A stretch of DNA of 64,000 nucleotides from a virus. Its lineage: Duplodnaviria; Caudoviricetes. The translations under genes and the position numbers were made by a program. Positions 1 to 8,199 of this stretch are shown here, one piece after another. The stretch is taken from positions 64,001 to 128,000 of IMG/VR virus record IMGVR_UViG_3300003316_000301, one strand, 5' to 3'. Under the pieces are notes generated by a model. It made no database searches and was not told where the DNA came from. It saw only the letters and a list, made by a program, of their open reading frames with translations. Positions within the stretch are counted from its first letter, which is position 1. Every line of letters starts with the position of its first letter.

Positions 1-218
1 GATGGCCGCCAGCGCTCCCACGCGGGCCAGCTCGGTGTGCTGGGAGGCGAGCTTGAAGGCCGTGTTCGGGCCGATGTGCTCGTCCTGCTTGGGCGTGGCC
101 CGCTCGATGTAGCGCATGGCCGCGTTCAGGTGGTGGTTCAGGAACTCGAACCCCGTGGTGAACGTGGGGGCCTGCGGCTGCTCGGGCTGCTGCTCGGTCA
201 CGTACTGCTCCTTGATCT

Positions 219-608
219 TCAGAGGGATGCGGAGACCATGTCGGCCGCCGTGTCGCCGTACTCCTCGCGGATGACGTCGACCCACAGCTCCTGCATGCGG
301 GGGATGTCCAGGTCCATGCAGGCGATCACGGCGTCCGGCCCGATCTCGGTGGTGTCGGTGCCGTTCAGGCCGTCCTCGAAGGAGGAGATCGCGTAGGGAC
401 GGATCGTGGACTTGCAGAGCATCTCCGAGGGGCTCAGCGTGTCGCCCTCGTCGGGCGTGACGCTCACCGTGTCCACGGAGGGCTCTGCCGGGGCGCTGAC
501 GGCCTCGTTGGTGACGTCGCGTCCCGTGGAGCCCTTGTCGCCCTCACAGGCGCTCAGAGAGCCGCTCAGGGCCACGACGAGGGCGAGGGTCAGAACGGTC
601 TTGCGCAT
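219..608 (-). CDS. Putative lipoprotein (129 aa)
   Basis: Start MRKTVLTLALVVALSGSLSAC gives a signal peptide with an LSAC lipobox; conserved leader/SD at 613-626. Confidence 0.75.
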   Translation of the reverse strand: MRKTVLTLALVVALSGSLSACEGDKGSTGRDVTNEAVSAPAEPSVDTVSVTPDEGDTLSPSEMLCKSTIRPYAISSFEDGLNGTDTTEIGPDAVIACMDLDIPRMQELWVDVIREEYGDTAADMVSASL

Positions 609-648
609 AGGGCCTCCCAGGGAGTCGGCGGGGTCTCTCACTGCCTCA

Positions 649-677
649 GGCCCCGCTCCCTGGTGGGAGACGGGGCC
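649..677 (-). terminator. GC hairpin, probable terminator
   Basis: ggccccg-ctccc...gggag-acggggcc inverted repeat just after the stop of 695..1357. Confidence 0.5.
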
Positions 678-694
678 GGGCGGGGAGGGGAGGA

Positions 695-1357
695 CTAGCG
701 CAGGTGGGCCTGGGCGTTGGCGATGGCGCGGCAGGTGACCAGGTCGAACTCCTCGTTGGTCAGCTCCAGCGCGTCCTTGAGGGCCTTCTCGTCGGCGGGG
801 AAGTCCGTGCGCTCCACGCGCTCCGTGTCGATCCAGCGGAGCTTGTCCTCGCCCGGGACCTGGATACCCGCGACGTGGCCGGGGCCGTAGGAGGACTTCA
901 TCACGCGCATCACGTAGCCGACGACGCCCTTGTTCTTGCCGCGCGTGGTGAGGGACTTGACCTCCACGCCGGTCTTCAGCTCCTTCAGGGCTTCGAGCTT
1001 CTCGGCCTGGAGCTGCTCCTCGTACAGGCCCAGAAGCCGGTCGGCCTCCCAGGCGACCGCCTTGGCGCGGATCTCCTCGCTCGCGTCCACCTTGGCGCCG
1101 TTGTGGTAGGTCCAGCCGCGCGTGGTGGCGTAGGTGACCTTCTTGACGCTCTGGGTCTCCTCGTCCCACACCATGGCGTAGAAGTCGCTGTCGTCGTACC
1201 AGTTGTGCTCACCGAGGCGGAGCACCATGCCCTCGTACGTCGTCTCGTGCGCCAGCTCGCAGTGGTGGGCGAAGCCCTCGGCGGTGCCGCCGAACTTGTT
1301 CGGGTCGTAGTTCTCGCCGATGCCAGCGTTCGGGTTCGAGCACTCGGTGATCGCCAT
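695..1357 (-). CDS. Hypothetical protein (220 aa)
   Basis: High-GC codon pattern, conserved leader and own promoter. Confidence 0.8.
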   Translation of the reverse strand: MAITECSNPNAGIGENYDPNKFGGTAEGFAHHCELAHETTYEGMVLRLGEHNWYDDSDFYAMVWDEETQSVKKVTYATTRGWTYHNGAKVDASEEIRAKAVAWEADRLLGLYEEQLQAEKLEALKELKTGVEVKSLTTRGKNKGVVGYVMRVMKSSYGPGHVAGIQVPGEDKLRWIDTERVERTDFPADEKALKDALELTNEEFDLVTCRAIANAQAHLR

Positions 1358-1397
1358 AAGGGCCTCCTGGGGAGTCGGTGTCCGGGGTGCTTCCCCC

Positions 1398-1437
1398 TGA
1401 CAACGTCAACACTACACCCAGGATTGTTGGAGCGCAA
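1398..1437 (-). promoter_or_regulatory. Repeated phage promoter (TTGCGC-N17-TAGTGT) with TGAC-N3-GTCA dyad
   Basis: Spacer matches the CTMCAAGGAWTCCTTGKAG-like dyad; TGACAACGTCA at 1398-1408. Confidence 0.8.
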
Positions 1438-1441
1438 CACG

Positions 1442-1475
1442 AAGCCCCCACCGTTTTTAAACTCGGTGAGGGCTT
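1442..1475 (-). terminator. Hairpin with the TTTTAAA motif in its loop
   Basis: aagccc-ccaccg-tttttaaact-cggtg-agggctt. Confidence 0.5.
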
Positions 1476-1506
1476 GACGTGCTCGCGAAGGGCCGGAGAC
1501 GGGAGG

Positions 1507-1704
1507 CTAGTCCGCTCCGCGCTCCTGCGCCAACAGGCGCAACATCTCGGCGGACTGCTCCACCAGCATCACCAGTGCGTGAGCGATGACGATACCGACC
1601 ATCTCTTCCTCGGTGGGGGCCATGAGCTTTTCAAGGGTCTGCTCCAGCAGCTCCTTCAGCTCCTGGGGAGACTCAGGAGTCTCTGGCACTTCCTCGCTGT
1701 TCAC
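1507..1704 (-). CDS. Hypothetical protein
   Basis: GTGA overlap with the upstream stop; NSEEVPETPESPQEL... Confidence 0.65.
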   Translation of the reverse strand: MNSEEVPETPESPQELKELLEQTLEKLMAPTEEEMVGIVIAHALVMLVEQSAEMLRLLAQERGAD

Positions 1705-2075
1705 CACAGTCCTCTCATGCGTCCGTACTCGTACGCCGCTGAGCGCCTCTCTGCGGGGCTCAGGGACTCGCAGGGCTCCACAGGGCCACGGAGGTCCTGC
1801 TGGGCGTCCATGGCCACCGCGCAGGCCCATATGCGGCGCTCCTCCTCGGGCCGCCCCATGTGCTCGATCACGATGGAGAAGCCCGCCCATCCCAGCAGAC
1901 CGCACACCGTGCAGATGATCGCCCACCGCATGATCGAGAGCTTGAGGCGCAGGTGCCTGATCTCCCGCACGGCGGTCACCGTGGGGCTCTCGGTCTTCCC
2001 CCGGGGCCGCACGCGGGACGAGGGCCACAGGTCGTCCTCGGTGGTCTTGGTGCGCCCTGTGGGTCCGAGGTGCAT
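1701..2075 (-). CDS. Membrane protein
   Basis: TGATG overlap; one TM segment WAIICTVCGLLGWAGFSIVI. Confidence 0.6.
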   Translation of the reverse strand: MHLGPTGRTKTTEDDLWPSSRVRPRGKTESPTVTAVREIRHLRLKLSIMRWAIICTVCGLLGWAGFSIVIEHMGRPEEERRIWACAVAMDAQQDLRGPVEPCESLSPAERRSAAYEYGRMRGLW

Positions 2076-2200
2076 CACGACCACCAGATGGAGATCAGGC
2101 CCAGCACGACTCCGGCCACGGCCGTGACGACCGCTCCCACCGTGAGGAACTTCTGGACGCCGGGCATGTAGTCCCAGGCCTCCTTGAACGCGCCTCTCAT
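2075..2200 (-). CDS. Small membrane peptide (41 aa)
   Basis: ATGA-coupled to the GT stop; FLTVGAVVTAVAGVVLGLISIWW. Confidence 0.6.
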   Translation of the reverse strand: MRGAFKEAWDYMPGVQKFLTVGAVVTAVAGVVLGLISIWWS

Positions 2201-3645
2201 GCGGGCACCGCATCCTTCGGCTCGATCTTCATGCCGACCTCCACGCCGCTGTCCCTCGTGCCCCACTTGCCGATCTTCCAGCACGTGAACAGGGCGTAGA
2301 AGTACATAGGCCGCAGGATCAGCAGACGCCAGATCGCGGTGACCGGCGAGGTGATGAACAGAGCCCAGCGGAACCACGCAGGCTCGTCACTGCGGTCGAT
2401 GGAGAAGAACCTCAGAGCGATCACGTAGTTCACCCCCAGGCCGACCCACATGGTGCTCCACACCAGATCCATCAGGTCTCCGGGGCGCGTCTGCTGCACC
2501 AGGGCCACAGGGATCACCAGGCTCAGGATGAGCTGGGTCAGCTCCATCACCGGCATCCAGAACGTGATGCTCGTGATCCGCATGTACTTGAACCACCAGA
2601 ACGTGCGGACGAACGTGCCCCGCATCCAGCGGAACTGCTGATTGAGGTAATGCTGGACCTTGTTGGGCACGAGGGTGAAGCACACGGACGAGGGCTGGTG
2701 CACGGCCTTGCCGTGGCCGTCCTCGGCCAGCAGGGCGTACATGGTCATGAGCGAGTCGTCGTTCATCTGCATGGGCTTGCCCCGGAAGCGCTCGTTCTCG
2801 TAGACCCCGAGGTACTTCAGCAGCGTGTCCGTGCGGTAGAAGGCCAGCGTGCCGCTGTTGACCATCACGCGCTTCAGGACGCTCTGAGCGCTCCGCAGAC
2901 CCCGGGTGAACGGCAGATACAGCATGCTCGTCATGAACGTCAGCACGTTGTCCCGGCTGTTGAGCACCACCACGTGCCCGGCGACACTGTGGACCCTGGG
3001 ATCGCTGAAGGGCTTCAGGCCCTCCTCCACCGCCTTGCGGTCCAGCACCGAGTCCGAGTCCAGGGTCATGAAGATCTCGCTGCGCCCTGAGCCCTTGAGC
3101 AGAGCCGCCTCCCGCCTCAGGGAGTTGGCCTGGGCGTGGCGCTTGCCCTGGTTCACCTGGCGGTCCCACACCCCGTGGATGCCCAGGCGCTTGGTCTCGG
3201 TGAGGAACCACCGGCGGATCTCGGCGTAGTCGATGACGCGGTCGGTCGCCTTGTCCTTCGACCCGTCGTCCACCACGTAGATGCGGTTGGGGCGCCGGGC
3301 CTGGTCGAACAGGCTCTGGATGCAGAGCCTCAGGGCGCTCTCGTCCTCGTTGTACGCCGGGATCTGCACGGCCACATAGAGCAGGTCCAACTGGGCCTGC
3401 TGGCGGGGTGTGGCCTTCACGGGCCTCTCCAGCCACGCCAGGGGCACCCACCACAGGAGCAGGAAGCTCAGGGCCCATGCGGTGGCCAGCCGGTTGCCGT
3501 GGCCGTCGAAGGCCTGCATGACCGCGAGGGCGTGCCATACGCCCCAGGCCACGAAGGCGATGAGAGGAAGCAGTCCCAGCAGAGCGATACGGGACATGCC
3601 CGCGAACTCGGAAGTGGGAATGCTGGACTGGCGGGATCTCGTCAT
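2197..3645 (-). CDS. Processive membrane GT2 glycosyltransferase (hyaluronan synthase/NodC/chitin synthase-like)
   Basis: IPAYNE, VDDGS, GKRHAQ, DSD, NSGTLAFYR, NDDSLMT, QQFRWMRG (D,DxD,D,QxxRW); N- and C-terminal TM helices. Confidence 0.9.
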   Translation of the reverse strand: MTRSRQSSIPTSEFAGMSRIALLGLLPLIAFVAWGVWHALAVMQAFDGHGNRLATAWALSFLLLWWVPLAWLERPVKATPRQQAQLDLLYVAVQIPAYNEDESALRLCIQSLFDQARRPNRIYVVDDGSKDKATDRVIDYAEIRRWFLTETKRLGIHGVWDRQVNQGKRHAQANSLRREAALLKGSGRSEIFMTLDSDSVLDRKAVEEGLKPFSDPRVHSVAGHVVVLNSRDNVLTFMTSMLYLPFTRGLRSAQSVLKRVMVNSGTLAFYRTDTLLKYLGVYENERFRGKPMQMNDDSLMTMYALLAEDGHGKAVHQPSSVCFTLVPNKVQHYLNQQFRWMRGTFVRTFWWFKYMRITSITFWMPVMELTQLILSLVIPVALVQQTRPGDLMDLVWSTMWVGLGVNYVIALRFFSIDRSDEPAWFRWALFITSPVTAIWRLLILRPMYFYALFTCWKIGKWGTRDSGVEVGMKIEPKDAVPA

Positions 3646-3647
3646 GC

Positions 3648-3809
3648 TCAGACCTCCTGCGGACTCTTGCCGCGCCGGAAGGCGAAGCGGATGACGAGGG
3701 CACCGGCGACGACGAGACCTGCGGCGATGCCGACGATCTGCATCTGGTCGAAAGCGATGCCGAAGATGCTGACGGTGGCTCCGGTGCTGGCCATGGATCC
3801 GTAACCCAT
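3648..3809 (-). CDS. 53-aa single-TM peptide with sortase-signal-like layout
   Basis: Not in ORF track; TAGGAGG SD; MGYGSMASTGATVSIFGIAFDQMQIVGIAAGLVVAGALVIRFAFRRGKSPQEV. Confidence 0.75.
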   Translation of the reverse strand: MGYGSMASTGATVSIFGIAFDQMQIVGIAAGLVVAGALVIRFAFRRGKSPQEV

Positions 3810-3871
3810 GAGAGACCTCCTAAGGGTCTGTGGCGGGATGAATGAACCGAACAGGGCATATGCCTTGCCGT

Positions 3872-3908
3872 TGACGCTGTCAGGGCCATGCTACAGGAAT
3901 TCCTGTAG
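3872..3908 (-). promoter_or_regulatory. Perfect 18-bp operator palindrome plus TGAC-N3-GTCA upstream of the GT operon
   Basis: CTACAGGAATTCCTGTAG at 3891-3908; TAGCAT -10 overlaps it; no clear -35. Confidence 0.7.
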
Positions 3909-4012
3909 TGATGGTAGTCCAGCTCTGGACTACCTGCGCCCGATGAGGAACTTCCACGTGTGGTAGCACCCCACCAGCGCCATGGAGTTCCACAGGACGT
4001 TGCCGACCGTGC

Positions 4013-4408
4013 TCACGAGCCGCCCTCCACCTGGCGCCTCAGGCGCTCCACCTCGGCCTCCAGGGCGGCGTTGACGAGCTTGGCCTCCTCGCCCTCGGGA
4101 CGGGGATCACGGGCCAGGCGGAACACGGGCACCGCGATGGGCCACGACAGCACCACGAACAGCGCGAGGACCAGCACCTCCCCCTGGCCGTTCTTGTCCT
4201 TCTCCCACCTCTTGCGCAGGACGGCGAGGGTGTCCTCGGCCGTCTCGGACCTGCGGGTCTTGGCGAGCCACTTGTAGCGCTCGCGGATCTTCTCGTCGAA
4301 CCACTTGCGGTGGCCCTCGATGTAGAACTCCCGGCCGTACTTGGCGCCCACGCCCAGGTAGGCCACCAGGGTTCCCAGGACCGCCATGACGATGAAGAAC
4401 CCGGTCAC
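4013..4408 (-). CDS. Membrane protein, 2 TM
   Basis: Two hydrophobic segments; GTGA overlap. Confidence 0.75.
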   Translation of the reverse strand: MTGFFIVMAVLGTLVAYLGVGAKYGREFYIEGHRKWFDEKIRERYKWLAKTRRSETAEDTLAVLRKRWEKDKNGQGEVLVLALFVVLSWPIAVPVFRLARDPRPEGEEAKLVNAALEAEVERLRRQVEGGS

Positions 4409-4866
4409 CGGCCCCTCCTGGTCTCACGGGCCTTCGGGGTCACACCCAGCAGGAGGGCGTGCAGGTCCTCGGGGATCTCCGTGCGCTCCATCAGATCGGT
4501 GACCGCGTCCCAGTCCGGCGTGGAGCCCGTCCCGCTGTTGGTGTAGAGGTCCTCCAGCTCCGCGTACTTGTCCGCGATGATCGCGGTCACCAGGCTCCAC
4601 GTCGCCCGCACGATCTCCTCGGTCTGGGTGTCGAAGACGTTGATGCCCACGGCCTTGCGGAAGCGGATCTGGAGCGCGATGAACGCGCTCTTGGCGTACT
4701 TGCCCGTCAGGGCCCACGGGACCGTGCTCTGCGGCTCGTCCTTGGGCTTCAGGGCGTCCACCATGTCCACGAGGACCGCGAACTCCTTGCCGCCCCCGTG
4801 CTCGCTCACCAGAGGCGCGAGGGCCTCAATGGCCTTGCGGCCCTTGCTGTAATCCGTCTCGCTCAT
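4405..4866 (-). CDS. Hypothetical protein
   Basis: Start MSETDYSK with GGAGG SD, ATGA overlap. Confidence 0.75.
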   Translation of the reverse strand: MSETDYSKGRKAIEALAPLVSEHGGGKEFAVLVDMVDALKPKDEPQSTVPWALTGKYAKSAFIALQIRFRKAVGINVFDTQTEEIVRATWSLVTAIIADKYAELEDLYTNSGTGSTPDWDAVTDLMERTEIPEDLHALLLGVTPKARETRRGR

Positions 4867-5207
4867 GCGTCCTCCTGGATCGTGGCGGGATCGTCGGTGT
4901 TCTTCTCGTGAACCAGCACCAGCAGGTCCATCAGGCTCGGCATTGGCCGGTCGTCCGGCCAGACGTGCCAGCCCTGCTTGCCCTTGGAACCCTCGGCCCT
5001 CTGGCCCTCGATGCGCACCAGGTACGCCGGGCCCACCACGTACACGCCGTGAGAGCCCGCGTAGGCCTTCTGTGCGGTCCTGTACGGGGCCACGAGGGCG
5101 TTGAGGGCATCCATGCACTCGGCGGCGTCCGCAGGGCTCGTGGAGGCCCTCAGGACGTACGCCAGATGGTCGTAGAGGTCCTGAAGGTCCTGAGGCAGGT
5201 CGGTCAC
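4863..5207 (-). CDS. Hypothetical protein
   Basis: GTG start overlapping upstream stop. Confidence 0.7.
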   Translation of the reverse strand: MTDLPQDLQDLYDHLAYVLRASTSPADAAECMDALNALVAPYRTAQKAYAGSHGVYVVGPAYLVRIEGQRAEGSKGKQGWHVWPDDRPMPSLMDLLVLVHEKNTDDPATIQEDA

Positions 5208-5536
5208 GGGTTCACTCCCAGCTTCTTGGCCATGAACATGCGCATGATCTGCATCTTCAGCTCGTCGGGGTACAGGTCCAGCGGAGTAGGACGCACAGCG
5301 GTGCAGCCCTCCTCGTAGCAGCGCTGCATGGGGGCGCTCAGAAAGCCGCCCTCCGGGCCCAGACGGTACGAGGTGACCCATTGGTGCTGAGCGTCCTCCA
5401 GGTCGCCCTGAGGCGCCTTGCGGAGCTGCTCGGGGGTGAGCGAGCGCACGTACTCCAGCTCGGGGTACTGGGCGATCCTGGCGTTACACAGAGGGCTCAT
5501 GCCGACGAAGAAGCCGTACTTGAAAACCCTTTTCAC
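5204..5536 (-). CDS. Hypothetical protein
   Basis: Coupled ORF, high-GC codon pattern. Confidence 0.7.
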   Translation of the reverse strand: MKRVFKYGFFVGMSPLCNARIAQYPELEYVRSLTPEQLRKAPQGDLEDAQHQWVTSYRLGPEGGFLSAPMQRCYEEGCTAVRPTPLDLYPDELKMQIMRMFMAKKLGVNP

Positions 5537-6009
5537 TTCGCCACCTGCTCGATGCCCTCAGTGCCCGTGACGAACTCCCAGGCGTAGTTGCGGCCCCAGG
5601 TCTCCAGGGCGTCCGGGTAGTGCGTCCACGCGGTCGCGCAGCTCTTGGGGAAGTACGCGAGGGAGAAGGCGTGGACGAAGTCCGCGTCGTCCTCCAGCTC
5701 GGGGTGCTCGGCGAAGAGCTTCTCCTTGAGCGCGAAGCCCTGGTCCTTGTTGAGGTTCTTGAAGACCGCGCGCCACATGAGCTGGATCTCGCGGCCGGTG
5801 AGGGCCACCGGGTGGCTGAACGCCCGCGCGTAGAGGCGCACGGAGGTCACCAGGGTGCGGGGGTGTGCGGTGGCGCACTCCTTGCCCTCGTCCTTGAGGC
5901 GTTCGATCACCTCGGCGATCAGCGCCCTGGTGATGACGACCTTGCGCTCACGGGCCTCCGCGACGATGTGGGACGCCGCGCGCTGGGCCTTCTCGGTGGG
6001 AGTGAGCAT
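5533..6009 (-). CDS. Hypothetical protein
   Basis: Start MLTPTEKAQ after conserved leader 6014-6027. Confidence 0.75.
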   Translation of the reverse strand: MLTPTEKAQRAASHIVAEARERKVVITRALIAEVIERLKDEGKECATAHPRTLVTSVRLYARAFSHPVALTGREIQLMWRAVFKNLNKDQGFALKEKLFAEHPELEDDADFVHAFSLAYFPKSCATAWTHYPDALETWGRNYAWEFVTGTEGIEQVAK

Positions 6010-6036
6010 GATGCCTCCCGAGGAGTCGAGTGGTCC

Positions 6037-6077
6037 TGACAGAGTCAAGGTTACTACAAGGATCCTTGGAGAATCAA
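6037..6077 (-). promoter_or_regulatory. Repeated promoter TTGATT-N18-TAACCT
   Basis: Spacer CTACAAGGATCCTTGGAG (+ strand); TGACAGAGTCA. Confidence 0.85.
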
Positions 6078-6388
6078 GCGAGAGAGTCGGGGACCACGAA
6101 GAACAGGTCCTTCGCCTCGTCGTACCGGCTCAGGGTGTAGCCCTTGCGGCGCAGGAGTTCCGCGATCCGGCGCAGCTCCTCGTGCAAGGGGCGGCCCTCC
6201 ACCATGTTGCTCGGCGTGCCGTCCGGCTCGGTGCCCGCGTACGCCCGGGAGATGAGCGCCACCGGCACCATGTCCCACAGAACCTCGGAGCACGTGAAGC
6301 CCCCGCGCCCCACGGTCATGTCCGCCGGGGTGAGCCGCAGCTCCTTGATGATCATGTCCTTGATGACCTTCGCGCTGACCTTGTCCAT
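6074..6388 (-). CDS. Hypothetical protein
   Basis: Start MDKVSAK after leader 6394-6407. Confidence 0.75.
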   Translation of the reverse strand: MDKVSAKVIKDMIIKELRLTPADMTVGRGGFTCSEVLWDMVPVALISRAYAGTEPDGTPSNMVEGRPLHEELRRIAELLRRKGYTLSRYDEAKDLFFVVPDSLA

Positions 6389-6423
6389 GAGGACCTCCTG
6401 AGGAGTCGTTCGAGTGGGCTGAG

Positions 6424-6537
6424 AACCCCCGGCAGGGATCGAACCTGCCCGGCTGTACATGGCCTGTACGGGGCCACCGTCTCCCCGAGCCGTCCGGCCG
6501 TGGAGCGGGGGTGTGAGGCGGGATCAGGGCTCCCGCC
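6424..6537 (-). ncRNA. tRNA-like RNA element A (non-canonical)
   Basis: GGCGGGA-GCCCUGA-UCCCGCC hairpin, then ACCCCC/GGGGGU acceptor-like stem stacked on GGCAGG-UUCGAUC-CCUGCC T-arm; no canonical D/anticodon arms. Confidence 0.6.
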
Positions 6538-6549
6538 AAGCCCTCGTGC

Positions 6550-7167
6550 TCAGGCGAGGCCGACGGCCTTCAGGGCCTCCAGGTAGAGCGGCAGAGCCGC
6601 CTTGACCTCCTCGGCCACGTCGTTCTGGTTGTTCATGTGCTCGGCCGGGTTCTTGCGGAAGGCCTTCACCCAGGAGTCGAACTTCTCGGGGGCGTAGTAG
6701 CCGTCGCTCATGGAGTGGCCGTAGCCGACGTAGCCGTGGTACGCGGCCTTCTCAAAGGCGCGGGGGTCGAAGTGCGCCCCCAGCTCCTTGCGCTCGCCCT
6801 CGCGGCTGATGAAGACGACCTTCTTGCCCCGGGCACCGGCGAACGCCCAGGCGCCCTCGCGGCTCATCTCGCCGAAGCCCATCCAGTTCATCCAGTGGGA
6901 GTTCTTCGGCGCGACCTCGGTGATCTCGACGAAGTCCTCCAGCTCCACGACCTTGAAGCAGCGGTACTCGACCTTGGTCAGGTAGCTCCAGGGGAGACCG
7001 ATCTTCACGATCTTCGGCAGGCCCAGGACCTCCACCTTGGCGACCGAGGGCGTGCTGCCCTCCAGGACGATGCCCTGCGTTTCCTGGGGCTCGTAGCCGG
7101 GGACCGCGTACTGGAAGGTCACGCGGGTGCCGGTGGCGATGGGGAGCTGGATGGTGGTGTTGGTCAT
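6550..7167 (-). CDS. Hypothetical protein (205 aa)
   Basis: Leader 7173-7186 and own promoter. Confidence 0.8.
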   Translation of the reverse strand: MTNTTIQLPIATGTRVTFQYAVPGYEPQETQGIVLEGSTPSVAKVEVLGLPKIVKIGLPWSYLTKVEYRCFKVVELEDFVEITEVAPKNSHWMNWMGFGEMSREGAWAFAGARGKKVVFISREGERKELGAHFDPRAFEKAAYHGYVGYGHSMSDGYYAPEKFDSWVKAFRKNPAEHMNNQNDVAEEVKAALPLYLEALKAVGLA

Positions 7168-7194
7168 GGCCGCCTCCTGAGGAGTCTTCGTCGT

Positions 7195-7237
7195 GCTGAC
7201 AAGAAGAACTCTACCCCCAGGAATTGTTGGAGCGCAA
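7195..7237 (-). promoter_or_regulatory. Repeated promoter TTGCGC-N18-TAGAGT
   Basis: 43 bp identical to 25831-25873. Confidence 0.85.
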
Positions 7238-7245
7238 CCCCTCCA

Positions 7246-7536
7246 CTAAGAATTGTTGGGGAGCCAGTGCCTCAGGATGTCCTGCACGGTGATGTGCCCC
7301 TGGGAGGCCCGGTTGTACCGATCCCGGAGCAGCTCCATCAGCTCGTCCACCAGGCCGTTGTTCTGGTTGCCCAGGAACAAGCCCGCCACGAGGATCACGG
7401 CCTCCTTGTCGGCGTACGAGCCCGGGAGCCACTCCCCCTTCCAGGAGAGGGTCCATCCGTCCATGGAGGTGCCCTCCACGGGCCCCCAGAACTTGAAGGG
7501 GCCGAACTCCTCGGGCTCGGGCTGCTGATGCGTCAT
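7246..7536 (-). CDS. Hypothetical protein
   Basis: AGGAGG SD. Confidence 0.75.
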   Translation of the reverse strand: MTHQQPEPEEFGPFKFWGPVEGTSMDGWTLSWKGEWLPGSYADKEAVILVAGLFLGNQNNGLVDELMELLRDRYNRASQGHITVQDILRHWLPNNS

Positions 7537-7577
7537 ACGTCCTCCTGAGGCCTCTGGCGGTTTTTAAATACGGGTTC

Positions 7578-7874
7578 TCAGCGCAGCCCCATCGAGGCCT
7601 CGATGAGGTCGCCCTCCTCGTCGATGTCCTGCTGGCACATCTCGCAGGGGTCGATCTCGCGGCACTCGGTGCCCCAGGGCTGGCCGTTGGGGCACACCTC
7701 GGACTCTTCCTCGATCACCGTGACGGAGGACCAGTTGTCCGTCAGGACCACGGAGCCGTCCTCCAGCTCCACGCGGACCTTGATGGACTTCACCTTGCCG
7801 CGCGCCTTGCCCTCGCCGAAGTCGACCTTCTGGCCGGTACGGAGCAGGGAGACGGTGGTCTCGATCTTCTTCAT
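7578..7874 (-). CDS. Hypothetical protein with Cys cluster
   Basis: Start MKKIETT after leader 7879-7892; C-x8-C-x5-CxxC. Confidence 0.75.
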   Translation of the reverse strand: MKKIETTVSLLRTGQKVDFGEGKARGKVKSIKVRVELEDGSVVLTDNWSSVTVIEEESEVCPNGQPWGTECREIDPCEMCQQDIDEEGDLIEASMGLR

Positions 7875-7892
7875 GGGTCCTCCTGGGGAGTC

Positions 7893-8199
7893 GCAGAGTT
7901 CGAAAGCGCTGGGGTGCCCGCCCAGCTCCCGGCATGTCGTCCATGGGGGCCTCGCCGTCGCGGTGTGCACCCCGTTCAGGTCCGTCCTAGTCCACATCCG
8001 GCCCATACGGGGATCGGTGCGGCTGTGCGGCCGTCCTGCCCGCGCCCTGGTGGTCACCGGAGACGTATCCGGGCCACCGAGGAAGAAAGTGCAGGGCCCG
8101 CTACTACGAGTCAGGGATCTTGCACCGGGGCCCATTGCCGTGAGCTTGCCGGAGTTGGCCTCCCTGCCGGAGGGTAAGGGTTCCTCCAGTCACCTGCCG
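7893..8199 (-). ncRNA. Candidate structured non-coding RNA
   Basis: No credible ORF; several hairpins and a possible H-type pseudoknot (GGGCCC/GGGCCC with GUGCA/UGCAC). Confidence 0.4.

Noticed and set aside
6517-6537. GCCCUGA as lambda boxB or a hammerhead core
   Set aside because: In boxB GCCCU is stem, here it is loop; no CUGAUGA/GAAA core
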